Shown here piece after piece: positions 27,533 to 37,287 of a stretch of DNA of 53,652 nt. The first letter of the stretch is position 1. Every line of letters starts with the position of its first letter. The translations under genes were made by a program, and so were the position numbers. Location of the stretch: positions 1-53,652 of the forward strand of contig QNEM01000002.1 in assembly GCA_003645215.1 (NCBI GenBank). Direction: 5' to 3'. The stretch is from Gammaproteobacteria bacterium. GTDB lineage: Bacteria; Pseudomonadota; Gammaproteobacteria; Eutrophobiales; Eutrophobiaceae. The notes under the pieces were generated by a model that made no database searches, had not been told where the DNA came from, and worked only from the letters and a program-made list of their open reading frames with translations.

Positions 27533-29038
27533 CTATTTTCTGTCAAGGCGTCTGTAACTGATGGCTTCACTTAAATGAATTGAGTCTATTGATGCTGAAT
27601 CTGCTAAATCCGCAATGGTTCGGGCAACTTTCAGGATGCGATGGATTGCACGAGCAGATAAGCCCAATCGACTTACCGCAGTATCAAGCAGTTGTGAACC
27701 GGTATCATCGATCCTGCAATGTTTATTCACTTCCTTGTTTGTTAGTTTGTGGTTGGCTTTCCCCGATCGGTTTAATTGCAATTGATAAGCCCTGGCAACA
27801 CGTCGCTGTACACTGCGACTGTTTTCAATATTCGCATTTTGATTTTGATGAAAAACTTCTTTCGCGACCTTTGCCATTTCAATGTGGATATCAATTCTAT
27901 CAAGCAATGGTCCTGATATTTTTTGCCGGTAACGGCGGACCTGATCTTCCGTACAATTACAACGACCATCGCTATCACCCAGATAGCCACAGGGACAGGG
28001 GTTCATTGCTGCAATGAGCTGAAACTGCGCCGGAAATTCCGCCTGATTTGCGGCACGCGAAATTACAATGCGTCCAGACTCCAGTGGTTCTCTTAATACT
28101 TCCAGTACACGGCGATCAAATTCCGGTAATTCATCAAGAAACAATACACCGTGATGTGCCAATGAAATTTCTCCGGGGCGCGGATGACTGCCACCGCCAA
28201 CCAATGCCACACCGGATGCAGTGTGGTGCGGATGCCGTATAGGACGTTGTTTCCATGTTTTTGGATCGAAACCCTGACTACTGATAGAGCTTATTGCTGC
28301 AGATTCCAGGGCCTGTGATTCTGTCATCGGCGGTAAGATACCGGGCAATCGTTCTGCCAACATGGTTTTACCTGTACCAGGTGGGCCAATCATAATCAGG
28401 TTATGACCACCCGCCGCCGCAACCTCTAATGCGCGTTTGGCATGATTCTGGGCACGGACATCCGAGAAATCAATGTCAATGGAAACATCCTCTATTGTAG
28501 ATTTGCCTGTGTGCAGGGGAATTTCTTCATTGCCATGTATATGTGCACACACCTCCATTAGATGTGTTGCTGGATGAATTTCTATATTAGAAACAAGTGC
28601 TGCCTCATCCGCATTAAGACCGGGCAAGACGAGTTTGTGATTTTGCTGCAAACAGGCATGAGCGAACGGTATCATACCTTTTACGGGGCGAAGTTCTCCG
28701 GTCAAGGCCAGTTCCCCGGAAAATTCATATTGATCCAGTGGTTCTTTGGGTATTTGTCCTGATGCAGCAAGGATCCCCAGGGCAATTGCCAGGTCGAAGC
28801 GTGCACCATCTTTGGGTAGATCTGCGGGTGCAAGATTGATAGTGATGCGACCCAGTGGAAATTCGAAATGATTATTTAATATGGCACTACGGACCCTGTC
28901 CTTGCTTTCTTTGACCGCAGCCTCGGGTAATCCCACAATAGAAAGGCTGGGGAGCCCCCGGGTAATATGAACTTCTATGGTGATCAGTGGTGCTTGAATG
29001 CCAACTTGTGCGCGGCTATAGGTAATTGCGATGCTCAT
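27533..29038 (-). CDS. comM: YifB/ComM family Mg-chelatase-like AAA+ ATPase
   Basis: N-terminal Lon-protease-like domain, Walker A GPPGTGKT, Walker B LFLDELPEF and a Cys cluster CPCGY...CNC. Confidence 0.93.
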   Translation of the reverse strand: MSIAITYSRAQVGIQAPLITIEVHITRGLPSLSIVGLPEAAVKESKDRVRSAILNNHFEFPLGRITINLAPADLPKDGARFDLAIALGILAASGQIPKEPLDQYEFSGELALTGELRPVKGMIPFAHACLQQNHKLVLPGLNADEAALVSNIEIHPATHLMEVCAHIHGNEEIPLHTGKSTIEDVSIDIDFSDVRAQNHAKRALEVAAAGGHNLIMIGPPGTGKTMLAERLPGILPPMTESQALESAAISSISSQGFDPKTWKQRPIRHPHHTASGVALVGGGSHPRPGEISLAHHGVLFLDELPEFDRRVLEVLREPLESGRIVISRAANQAEFPAQFQLIAAMNPCPCGYLGDSDGRCNCTEDQVRRYRQKISGPLLDRIDIHIEMAKVAKEVFHQNQNANIENSRSVQRRVARAYQLQLNRSGKANHKLTNKEVNKHCRIDDTGSQLLDTAVSRLGLSARAIHRILKVARTIADLADSASIDSIHLSEAISYRRLDRK

Positions 29039-29200
29039 CGTCCATTGATGTCAGTAATCTGCCTGTAGCAGATTTGAAATCCCTCTCTTTTATAGTTACT
29101 TCAGATAATTGTCCTTAAAAAAAAACGACAACCAGATTAATCATATGGTGAAGGGTCACTATGTCAATCAATATTAATTATATTTGATGTTCTGGAAAAA

Positions 29201-29467
29201 TCAGGGATTCCTTGCCTGTTCCAGATCGCTAATCTTTTTCTCTAACTCTTCAAGCAAAGATCGAGTACGAGAGAGTAGTTCTGCCTGAATATCAAATTCT
29301 TCTCTTGAGACGAGATCCATTTTTGAAAAAGCGGCTTGTAATGCAGATTTAAGATTTTTTTCTACGTCTTCCTGGAAGCGTGTCATATCATCCGGGACCA
29401 GTTTGACTGCCTGCTGAATTGCCTGGTGGATAGATGCTTCTATTTCATTTTTGTTTGGTAATTCCAT
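29201..29467 (-). CDS. ubiK: UbiK/YqiC (BMFP) family accessory factor
   Basis: 88-aa coiled-coil protein with LVSREEFDIQAELLSRTRSLLEELE. It sits in the conserved position next to comM and ahead of glnK-amtB. Confidence 0.72.
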   Translation of the reverse strand: MELPNKNEIEASIHQAIQQAVKLVPDDMTRFQEDVEKNLKSALQAAFSKMDLVSREEFDIQAELLSRTRSLLEELEKKISDLEQARNP

Positions 29468-29577
29468 AATTTAACCTGTTGTAATTATGTAACAACGAAT
29501 CAATTTCTTAATGCGTGATCAATATTAACATAATTAATCACGACGAATTATGTTCTATCACAGTGCGGTTAATGTTC

Positions 29578-29600
29578 TTACGCCCTTTAAAGGTGCGTAA
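29578..29600. promoter_or_regulatory. Imperfect 23-bp dyad TTACGCCCTTTAAAGGTGCGTAA (possible NtrC-type enhancer site)
   Basis: 9 of 11 arm positions pair. The inner 17-mer matches 9/12 positions of the TGCACC-N5-GGTGCA NtrC consensus. It lies ~110-130 bp upstream of the sigma-54 element at 29707. Confidence 0.35.
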
Positions 29601-29706
29601 AAAAACATAATATTTTAAAAAGTTAGATTAGAAATTACTTGGTTAATCATACATAACATTATATTTATAAAAGAAAATTTGAATTTGTATCATTTTGTTA
29701 ACAATG

Positions 29707-29722
29707 TGGCACAAATGATGCA
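29707..29722 (+). promoter_or_regulatory. Sigma-54 (-24/-12) promoter of the TorF-family porin gene
   Basis: TGGCACaaatgaTGCA has GG-N10-GC spacing and lies ~75 nt upstream of ATG 29797. It is near-identical to the element at 32234. Confidence 0.6.
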
Positions 29723-29796
29723 TTGCAAGATGCAGTACTTAATTACTGCTTTTTTTAAAGTGAATTTTAGAAATATTTTTGTGAGGATTAATCGTA

Positions 29797-30507
29797 ATGA
29801 AGAAAATTTTAAATTTAATGATGGCACTTTCGATTTTTGCCGCGGCACCTGTTGCCATGGCTGAAGGTGCATTGGACAAAGGAAACTTTAGTGCCAATGT
29901 AGCTTATACAACAGACTATGTTTACCGTGGTATTTCCTTGTCAGATGATAACGCCGCAGTCAGTGGTGGTTTTGACTGGGGTCACAAAGGTTTCTACCTG
30001 GGTACCTGGGCAAGCTCAATATCACCAGTTGCAGACGAAACTGTAGAGATTGATTGGTATGGTGGTTATGGCAATGAGTTCAAGGGCATTTCATACACAA
30101 TAGACCTGCTGTACTACTATTATCCAGGTGATAGCGGAGATCTTGATTTCTTCGAATTCGGTGGATCATTGGGTTACACATGGGATGTCGCATTGAAACC
30201 AACCCTTGGTTTCGGCATTATGCATTCTGAGGATGGTTTTGATGGTACCGATAGTGAGACATACTACAAACATACCCTTGGTTTGAGCCTCCCTTATGAG
30301 TTCGGTTTTAATTTCACTTATGGCTATCAGGCTTTCGATCCAGATGAAGTTGGTATAAACGGGTATAACCACTGGGGTATTGATATCAGCAGGTCGCTGT
30401 CTATATTTGACTTCACATTTGGCTATAGCGATACAGATGGTAATGGTGAAACGTTTGAAGGTGATGGCACAGAAAAAATTGTCTTTACTGTTGGTGCTTC
30501 ATTCTAA
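29797..30507 (+). CDS. TorF-family (TIGR02001/Gcw_chp) putative outer-membrane porin
   Basis: Signal peptide ...AAAPVAMA|EG, family motif YTTDYVYRGISLSDDNAAVSGGFDW and a C-terminal ...GASF. Confidence 0.75.
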   Translation: MKKILNLMMALSIFAAAPVAMAEGALDKGNFSANVAYTTDYVYRGISLSDDNAAVSGGFDWGHKGFYLGTWASSISPVADETVEIDWYGGYGNEFKGISYTIDLLYYYYPGDSGDLDFFEFGGSLGYTWDVALKPTLGFGIMHSEDGFDGTDSETYYKHTLGLSLPYEFGFNFTYGYQAFDPDEVGINGYNHWGIDISRSLSIFDFTFGYSDTDGNGETFEGDGTEKIVFTVGASF

Positions 30508-30537
30508 GAACGTAGAGAAATTTTATGTAGTTAAAAA

Positions 30538-30563
30538 AGCGGCCCCTGGGTCGCTTTTTTTTT
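30538..30563 (+). terminator. Rho-independent terminator after the porin gene
   Basis: The hairpin AGCGGCCC-ctgg-GTCGCT has a preceding A run and is followed by a 9-nt T run. Confidence 0.8.
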
Positions 30564-30607
30564 AGTTTGATATGATGAGCATGAACAAAAGTAGCAACTA
30601 ATATTCT

Positions 30608-32014
30608 ATGCAGCCAACAACACTTAAAATAAACGATGTCACCAGGCTTTATTTTATCCCGCTGGCACTGATCTCCTTATTCTTTTCACTGAGCTTTAGT
30701 GACAGGGTGCTTGAGAATGACACCCTGAGAATCACTTTCTTTACAATCAGTGGATTATTGCTGTTTTGTTATATCGGGATGCTGGTTTTTATTCGTATCA
30801 GAAAATCAGCAACCGAAATTATTCTGATAGTTATGAAACCTCATTATGTACAGATGATCATGCATCTGTGCATTTTTGCCTACTGGGGCTGGTATTGGCC
30901 ACAGGTCTATGAGCAGGCCATATTAATATTCGCTCAGCTGGTTTTCGTTCACATTGTTGATTTGTTGTTCCGATGGTCTCGAGGAGAGCCCTGGATACTG
31001 GGGTTTGGCAGATTCCCCATTATATTAAGTACCAACCTGTTTTTATGGTTTCGTGATGACTGGTTTTATTTCCAGTTCATCATGATTGCTTTTGGCATTA
31101 TCGCCAAGGATTACTTCACATGGGTAAGGGAAGGCCGTCGTACTCATATTTTTAATCCATCAGCAATATCATTATCAGTTGCGTCACTGCTACTGATAAT
31201 TACGGATAGCACACATATTGGTTGGGGGCATGAAATCTCGAATACCCTGAATAATCCACCCCATATGTATATTGAAATATTTATTCTGGGTTTGATCGTT
31301 CAGTACCTGTTCCAGGTCACACTGGTGACACTGGCATCGGTGATATCCATGCTGTTATTAGGGACTATTTACTATCAGTTAACAGGCGTCTATTTCTTTT
31401 ATACTTCAGATATACCTATTGCCGTTTTTCTTGGCCTGCATCTTCTGGTCACCGATCCTTCCACCTCACCCAGGACAGTTGTTGGGAAATTTATGTTTGG
31501 GTTTCTCTATGGTGTCAGCGTCATGGCGCTGTTTGAGGTACTGGAATTTTATGGCCAGCCAACCTTCTACGATAAATTATTGTGCATCCCACTTATCAAT
31601 CTATGTGTTATTTATCTTGATAAACTTGGAGCACATTTTTCTGGCATATTAAATAGCCTGAAACTGAGTTCATACAGACTAAATCTTATATTTATGGGCG
31701 TCTGGATACTGATTTTTATTGCCTGGTATAGCAGTGGTCATGTTGGTCGTTCCCACCCTGGTAGCCAGTCTCAATTCTGGGCCCAGGCCTGTAGTCAGGA
31801 TTTGAGAAAGGCCTGTAAAACACAACATGATTTGACTCTGGCTGAGTGTGATAAAGGTAACGCCTATGCATGTGCAAAATTAGGTGATATTTACAAGTTT
31901 GGAACAGGGGTCAGCAAAGATGAACTAAAGGCCTACGAGTATGTGGGCAGAGCCTGTCAGATGGGTCTGGAAAAAGCCTGTGAACTGCAGCATGAATATA
32001 TTCCTGGTAAATAA
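30608..32014 (+). CDS. Polytopic membrane protein with an RnfD/NqrB-like core fused to a C-terminal Cys-rich Sel1-like repeat
   Basis: HIFNPSAISL and LLVTDPSTSPRTVVGKFMFGFLYG...PLINL align with the RnfD FNPA and TDPVT(A/S)...G(R/K)..FG...PLID motifs. The C-terminus ACSQDLRKAC...GNAYACAKLGDIYKFGTGVSKDELKAYEYVGRACQMGLEKAC is an Hcp-type Sel1 repeat. Confidence 0.6.
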   Translation: MQPTTLKINDVTRLYFIPLALISLFFSLSFSDRVLENDTLRITFFTISGLLLFCYIGMLVFIRIRKSATEIILIVMKPHYVQMIMHLCIFAYWGWYWPQVYEQAILIFAQLVFVHIVDLLFRWSRGEPWILGFGRFPIILSTNLFLWFRDDWFYFQFIMIAFGIIAKDYFTWVREGRRTHIFNPSAISLSVASLLLIITDSTHIGWGHEISNTLNNPPHMYIEIFILGLIVQYLFQVTLVTLASVISMLLLGTIYYQLTGVYFFYTSDIPIAVFLGLHLLVTDPSTSPRTVVGKFMFGFLYGVSVMALFEVLEFYGQPTFYDKLLCIPLINLCVIYLDKLGAHFSGILNSLKLSSYRLNLIFMGVWILIFIAWYSSGHVGRSHPGSQSQFWAQACSQDLRKACKTQHDLTLAECDKGNAYACAKLGDIYKFGTGVSKDELKAYEYVGRACQMGLEKACELQHEYIPGK

Positions 32015-32233
32015 TCCCGGTAAGTGATTCTGGTCGTTCTCATTTTACGTCGAGGTAGTAAATACAGAACAAACCTGGTTTATGACGAAACAATTATCAG
32101 GTGAATCTAACGCACCAATCTAGAACATCATGCTTTTTAGCGCATTATTATTGTGCATAAATACAAGGCTAACTGTTTAATCCTCCCATAAAAGTTCTAG
32201 GTAACTTATTGATTTAAACGTAAATAGTATATC

Positions 32234-32249
32234 TGGCACAAATTCTGCA
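32234..32249 (+). promoter_or_regulatory. Sigma-54 (-24/-12) promoter of glnK-amtB copy 1
   Basis: TGGCACaaattcTGCA has GG-N10-GC spacing and lies ~146 nt upstream of the glnK ATG. Confidence 0.65.
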
Positions 32250-32391
32250 CACATTATATGACCGTAACTTAATAGCTTCGCCTGACGCAGGATTGATGAA
32301 TTTAGACTCGGGTGAAATCCGTATTAGTTTAACTGGAGGTTTTTATTTAAATGTTTACAAGAAAATACAGCTTAATTATTTGGGAGAGTAA

Positions 32392-32733
<342 letters not shown>

Positions 32734-32754
32734 CAGCCTGGGAGAAACTTAATA

Positions 32755-34098
32755 ATGAAATCATTAATTAGTAGTTTTAAAAATCATAGGGGCTTAACAG
32801 GCCTCTATGTATTAATGGCGGGGCTGTTCGTACCATCTCTGGCCATGGCTGATGATCTGAATACTGGTGATACGGCCTGGATGATTACCGCAACCGTACT
32901 GGTCTTGTTTATGACGATCCCCGGATTGTCATTGTTCTATGCAGGTATGGTCAGGAGCAAAAATGTACTATCAGTATTAATGCAGTGTTTCGCGATTACC
33001 AGTCTGATGTCTATTCTGTGGGTTGTCTATGGTTATAGTATGGCCTTTGATACAACGGGTATGGAAGCCGGCGTCCTTAATATGAGTTCATTTATAGGGG
33101 GTCTTGGTAACTCATTCATGTCGGGAATCAAGGTTGATTCAATGACAGGTACGGTACCAGAATCTGTATTTGCAACATTTCAAATGACATTCGCGATTAT
33201 TACGCCTGCACTTATCGTTGGTGCATTCGCCGAGCGTATGAAATTTTCAACCATGTTGGTGTTTATGACAATCTGGGTAACTGTTTGTTATGTGCCTATG
33301 GTTCATATGGTTTGGTCTGGTGACGGTGCATTAATGTGGGACTGGGGTGTAATTGATTTTGCCGGTGGTACTGTTGTGCATATTAATGCAGGTATTGCTG
33401 GACTGGTCGCTGCGGTAATGTTGGGTAAGCGTAAAGGTTTTCCAACCACTGCCATGCCACCACATAACCTGACTTACACAATCATCGGTGCAGCAATGCT
33501 GTGGGTTGGTTGGTTTGGTTTTAATGCCGGTTCCGCAGTCGCTGCTAACGGCACAGCAGGTATGGCCATGCTGGTAACGCAGATAGCAACAGCAATGGCA
33601 GCTTTAACCTGGATGTTTGTTGAATGGATAAGACACGGGAAGCCGAGCGTCCTTGGTATCGCCTCTGGCGCGGTTGCCGGTCTGGTTGCAATTACACCAG
33701 CATCAGGATCAGTTGGTCCACAGGGTGCACTCTTGATTGGTATTGCAGCTGGTGGCGGTTGCTTCTTTGCGGCAACCTCACTTAAGCGAGCCCTGGGTTA
33801 TGATGATTCACTGGATGTATTTGGTGTCCATGCCGTTGGTGGCATTATCGGTGCGATCCTTACCGGTATTTTTACCGATGTGTCCTGGGGTGGCTCTGGT
33901 TTGGCTGATGGTGTATCAATTGCTGGCCAATTGTGGATACAGACTAAGGGTGTATTGTTTACCATTATCTATACGGGTACTTTGAGTATTGTTATTCTTA
34001 AGGTGCTGGATGTTGTTATGGGACTTCGTGTAGCCGAAGATGAAGAGTCAGAGGGGCTGGATCTTGCCGCTCACGACGAACGTGGTTACATCTTGTAA
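32755..34098 (+). CDS. amtB: Ammonium transporter AmtB, copy 1
   Basis: 447 aa with a signal peptide, plus DFAGGTVVHINAG and WFGFNAGS Amt signatures. Confidence 0.95.
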   Translation: MKSLISSFKNHRGLTGLYVLMAGLFVPSLAMADDLNTGDTAWMITATVLVLFMTIPGLSLFYAGMVRSKNVLSVLMQCFAITSLMSILWVVYGYSMAFDTTGMEAGVLNMSSFIGGLGNSFMSGIKVDSMTGTVPESVFATFQMTFAIITPALIVGAFAERMKFSTMLVFMTIWVTVCYVPMVHMVWSGDGALMWDWGVIDFAGGTVVHINAGIAGLVAAVMLGKRKGFPTTAMPPHNLTYTIIGAAMLWVGWFGFNAGSAVAANGTAGMAMLVTQIATAMAALTWMFVEWIRHGKPSVLGIASGAVAGLVAITPASGSVGPQGALLIGIAAGGGCFFAATSLKRALGYDDSLDVFGVHAVGGIIGAILTGIFTDVSWGGSGLADGVSIAGQLWIQTKGVLFTIIYTGTLSIVILKVLDVVMGLRVAEDEESEGLDLAAHDERGYIL

Positions 34099-34124
34099 TC
34101 TTTCATCACACTCAGTATCAGGAA

Positions 34125-34148
34125 AGGGCGCTTCGGCGCCCTTTTTTT
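34125..34148 (+). terminator. Rho-independent terminator after amtB copy 1
   Basis: AGGGCGC-ttcg-GCGCCCT followed by T7. Confidence 0.85.
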
Positions 34149-34210
34149 GTGCCCCAATCTGGTTCAGGGCAATCTCATGATGCACCGATATGAAATTATG
34201 TTAGTCTTCC

Positions 34211-34227
34211 TGCACACTATCTGTGCA
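34211..34227. promoter_or_regulatory. NtrC-like 17-bp dyad TGCACACTATCTGTGCA upstream of glnK copy 2
   Basis: Matches TGCACC-N5-GGTGCA at 10/12 positions. A TGCACC half-site sits 30 bp upstream (34181-86). No GG-N10-GC element lies between it and ATG 34281. Confidence 0.45.
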
Positions 34228-34280
34228 ATATATTTCAGGCATATGAGTCGTCGAAATTAAATCCCGGGAGAATTATCTAA

Positions 34281-34619
<339 letters not shown>

Positions 34620-34646
34620 AGAATGAAACGGGGAGAGGGGTAAGGT

Positions 34647-35936
34647 ATGTCTATTAAGAAAATTATCGGTTTGCTATCAGGCCTGTCATTAATGTTACCA
34701 GCGGCAGTCTTTGCCGATGAAATCAATGGTGCAGACACGGCATGGATATTAACATCAACGGCCCTGGTTCTGTTCATGACACTACCTGGCCTGGCTTTAT
34801 TTTATTCCGGCCTGGTACGGGCGAAAAATGTCCTTTCCGTCTTGATGCAATGTTTTGCCATTGCCTGCATGGTATCCGTTCTGTGGATGTTTGGTGTTTA
34901 TGGTTTGGCATTTGGCGACGGAGGTGAGTTAAATAAGATAGTTGGAATGGGCTATTTTATGATGTCGGGTGTTGGGTTGGATTCAGTGCGTAGTGACACA
35001 ACCTTGCCTGAAACCGTATTTTTTATGTTCCAGATGACCTTTGCCATTATCACACCGGCACTGATTGTGGGAGCTTTCGCAGAGCGAATGAAATTTTCTG
35101 CAGTACTTTTGTTTAGCGCCTTCTGGTTAATTCTTGTATATGCGCCTGTATGCCACTGGGTCTGGGGTGGTGGTTGGCTGTCTGAGCTCGGATTTATGGA
35201 TTTTGCCGGGGGTGCAGTCGTGCATATTAATGCGGGTATTGCCGCACTTGTTGCTGCATTAGTCATTGGCAATAGAAAGGGCTTTCCGCAAACAGCTATG
35301 CCACCACATAACATGACAATCGTTGTCACCGGTGCCTCAATGCTCTGGGTGGGCTGGTTTGGTTTTAATGCCGGTAGTGCGCTGACAGCAGGGAGTAGTG
35401 CGGGAATGGCTATGACGGTCACACATATCTCGGCGGCAGCTGGATCACTGTCCTGGATGGCATGTGAATGGATTAGATATGGCAAACCCAGTGTTCTGGG
35501 TATTGTCACCGGTATGGTTGCTGGTCTGGGAACCATCACACCGGCATCAGGATATGTTGGACCTATAGGTGGTCTAATAATTGGTTTATCAGCTGGTGTG
35601 GTCTGTTATTTCGCAACCCAATATATAAAACGGGTGTTGGTAATCGATGACTCTCTCGATGTGTTCCCGGTGCATGGTGTCGGTGGTATTTTAGGTACAT
35701 TGCTAACAGCAGTATTTGCAGCTGAATCCATGGGTGGCCTGGGTCTTGAAACCTCAATTGGTTCACAGTTTGTTACGCAAGCGATTGGTGTGGTAGCAAC
35801 GGTTGTCTGGTGTGGCGTCATCAGCTTTGTTTTATTCAAAATACTCGATGCTGTCATTGGTTTGAGAGTGAGTGAAGATGAGGAAACAGAAGGTCTGGAC
35901 ACGGTATTACATAATGAACGTGGTTACATACTCTGA
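34647..35936 (+). CDS. amtB: Ammonium transporter AmtB, copy 2
   Basis: 429 aa with a signal peptide, plus DFAGGAVVHINAG and WFGFNAGS signatures. Confidence 0.95.
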   Translation: MSIKKIIGLLSGLSLMLPAAVFADEINGADTAWILTSTALVLFMTLPGLALFYSGLVRAKNVLSVLMQCFAIACMVSVLWMFGVYGLAFGDGGELNKIVGMGYFMMSGVGLDSVRSDTTLPETVFFMFQMTFAIITPALIVGAFAERMKFSAVLLFSAFWLILVYAPVCHWVWGGGWLSELGFMDFAGGAVVHINAGIAALVAALVIGNRKGFPQTAMPPHNMTIVVTGASMLWVGWFGFNAGSALTAGSSAGMAMTVTHISAAAGSLSWMACEWIRYGKPSVLGIVTGMVAGLGTITPASGYVGPIGGLIIGLSAGVVCYFATQYIKRVLVIDDSLDVFPVHGVGGILGTLLTAVFAAESMGGLGLETSIGSQFVTQAIGVVATVVWCGVISFVLFKILDAVIGLRVSEDEETEGLDTVLHNERGYIL

Positions 35937-35961
35937 TCAATAATATCTTCGGCTTATAGCT

Positions 35962-35996
35962 AAGGGGCACATCTAGTCATGTGCCCCTTAATTTTT
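35962..35996 (+). terminator. Rho-independent terminator after amtB copy 2
   Basis: An 11-bp stem pairs AAGGGGCACAT with ATGTGCCCCTT around a 6-nt loop, followed by AATTTTT. Confidence 0.8.
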
Positions 35997-36041
35997 CTGA
36001 GAAATACAGGGTGATACAAACGTATAAGAATGTGCTAATGG

Positions 36042-36095
36042 ATATATACCCAAACTAGTCTGAAGTCTGCATTTCCAAGTAGTTTGGGTATATAT
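36042..36095. repeat. Perfect 16-bp inverted repeat (ATATATACCCAAACTA / TAGTTTGGGTATATAT) with a 22-nt loop
   Basis: The arms are 36042-36057 and 36080-36095. The loop plus right arm carry a 31-nt motif that recurs at 40137-40167 (26/31). Confidence 0.7.
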
Positions 36096-36206
36096 TTAGT
36101 GTCTCCGATAGTCTAAAATTGGCGTTTCCTAGCAGGATAACCCGCGAATACAATCAAAGCTTCGCAGCTTAAATATAGAATAACGAAGAAAAAGGTATAA
36201 GAATTC

Positions 36207-37250
36207 ATGGCTGAATTGGTCGATAAGGCATTATTAAAATCATTTGTCCCACCTAGCGCATTAAATGCTGAGAATTTTCAGGAGCTTGCAGGCAAGTCAT
36301 TTGTTGAAGATGTTGCTGCAGGCAGAACACTTTTCAAGCAAGGTGATACTGATAAAAAAACAATATATTTGATTGAAGGTGAAGCTACTCTGACCACGGA
36401 CAGTGGTGAAAGCAATACTGTGACTGCAGGCACTGAAGCCGGGAAACATCCTCTGGCTAACTTCCAGCCGCGTCGGCATACCGCAGTTGCTAAATCTGCA
36501 TGCAAGATCACTCGTGTAGATAGCGATCTGCTGGATATTCTGATGACCTGGGATCAAATGTCAGGTATCGAGGTTGATGAAATCCAGGCAGATGATGAAG
36601 ATGAGGGTGGGGACTGGATGACCAGGATCCTGCAATCAAAAGCATTTTTGCAAGTACCGCCAGGAAACATTCAGGCAATGTTTATGCGAATCCAGGAGGT
36701 ATCTGCCAAGGCAGGAGATGTCATTATCAAGCAAGGTGATGATGGTGATTATTATTACGTTGTTAAGAGTGGGGAATGCAAAGTCACCAGAACATCGAAA
36801 ACAGGTTCCGAGTTGACACTTGCAAAACTTAAAGGTGGAGATGCCTTTGGAGAAGAGGCGCTATTATCAGATGCCAAACGTAATGCCAATATCGTAATGG
36901 CAACAGATGGTATGTTGATGCGTTTATCAAAGGAAGATTTTAATGAATTATTGAAAGAGCCTATGCTGACCTGGGTTACCAGGGAAGAAGGTGACGAAAT
37001 GATAAAGAACGGTGCTGTTTGGCTCGATGTGCGACTGGATAGTGAGCATAAACACAATGGACTTGAAGGAAGTATCAATATTCCATTATTTATGTTGCGA
37101 CTGAAGGTTGCGACACTTTCTGAAGACAAGAAATATATCCTCTATTGCGATACCGGCAGACGCAGTGCAGCCGCAGCGTTTCTATTGAGTGAACGTGGTC
37201 TTGATGCTGCTTGTCTCAAGGATGGCATAATGGGTGGCGGTGAAGCTTAA
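36207..37250 (+). CDS. Tandem cyclic-nucleotide-binding domains fused to a rhodanese domain
   Basis: The second cNMP domain has a phosphate-binding cassette, GDAFGEEALLSDAKRNANI; the first lacks one. The C-terminal rhodanese has the active-site loop YCDTGRRS. There is no HTH. Confidence 0.85.
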   Translation: MAELVDKALLKSFVPPSALNAENFQELAGKSFVEDVAAGRTLFKQGDTDKKTIYLIEGEATLTTDSGESNTVTAGTEAGKHPLANFQPRRHTAVAKSACKITRVDSDLLDILMTWDQMSGIEVDEIQADDEDEGGDWMTRILQSKAFLQVPPGNIQAMFMRIQEVSAKAGDVIIKQGDDGDYYYVVKSGECKVTRTSKTGSELTLAKLKGGDAFGEEALLSDAKRNANIVMATDGMLMRLSKEDFNELLKEPMLTWVTREEGDEMIKNGAVWLDVRLDSEHKHNGLEGSINIPLFMLRLKVATLSEDKKYILYCDTGRRSAAAAFLLSERGLDAACLKDGIMGGGEA

Positions 37251-37287
37251 AGTAAACGTCACTTCCGTCTGGGCCTGTTGGGGCTGA

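Noticed and set aside
34952-35539. 195-aa antisense ORF inside amtB copy 2, plus similar ones at 38434..39090 and 12052..12387
   Set aside because: These are shadow ORFs on the opposite strand of well-supported transporter genes. They are Pro/Ala/Thr-rich with no motifs, as is typical of antisense frames.
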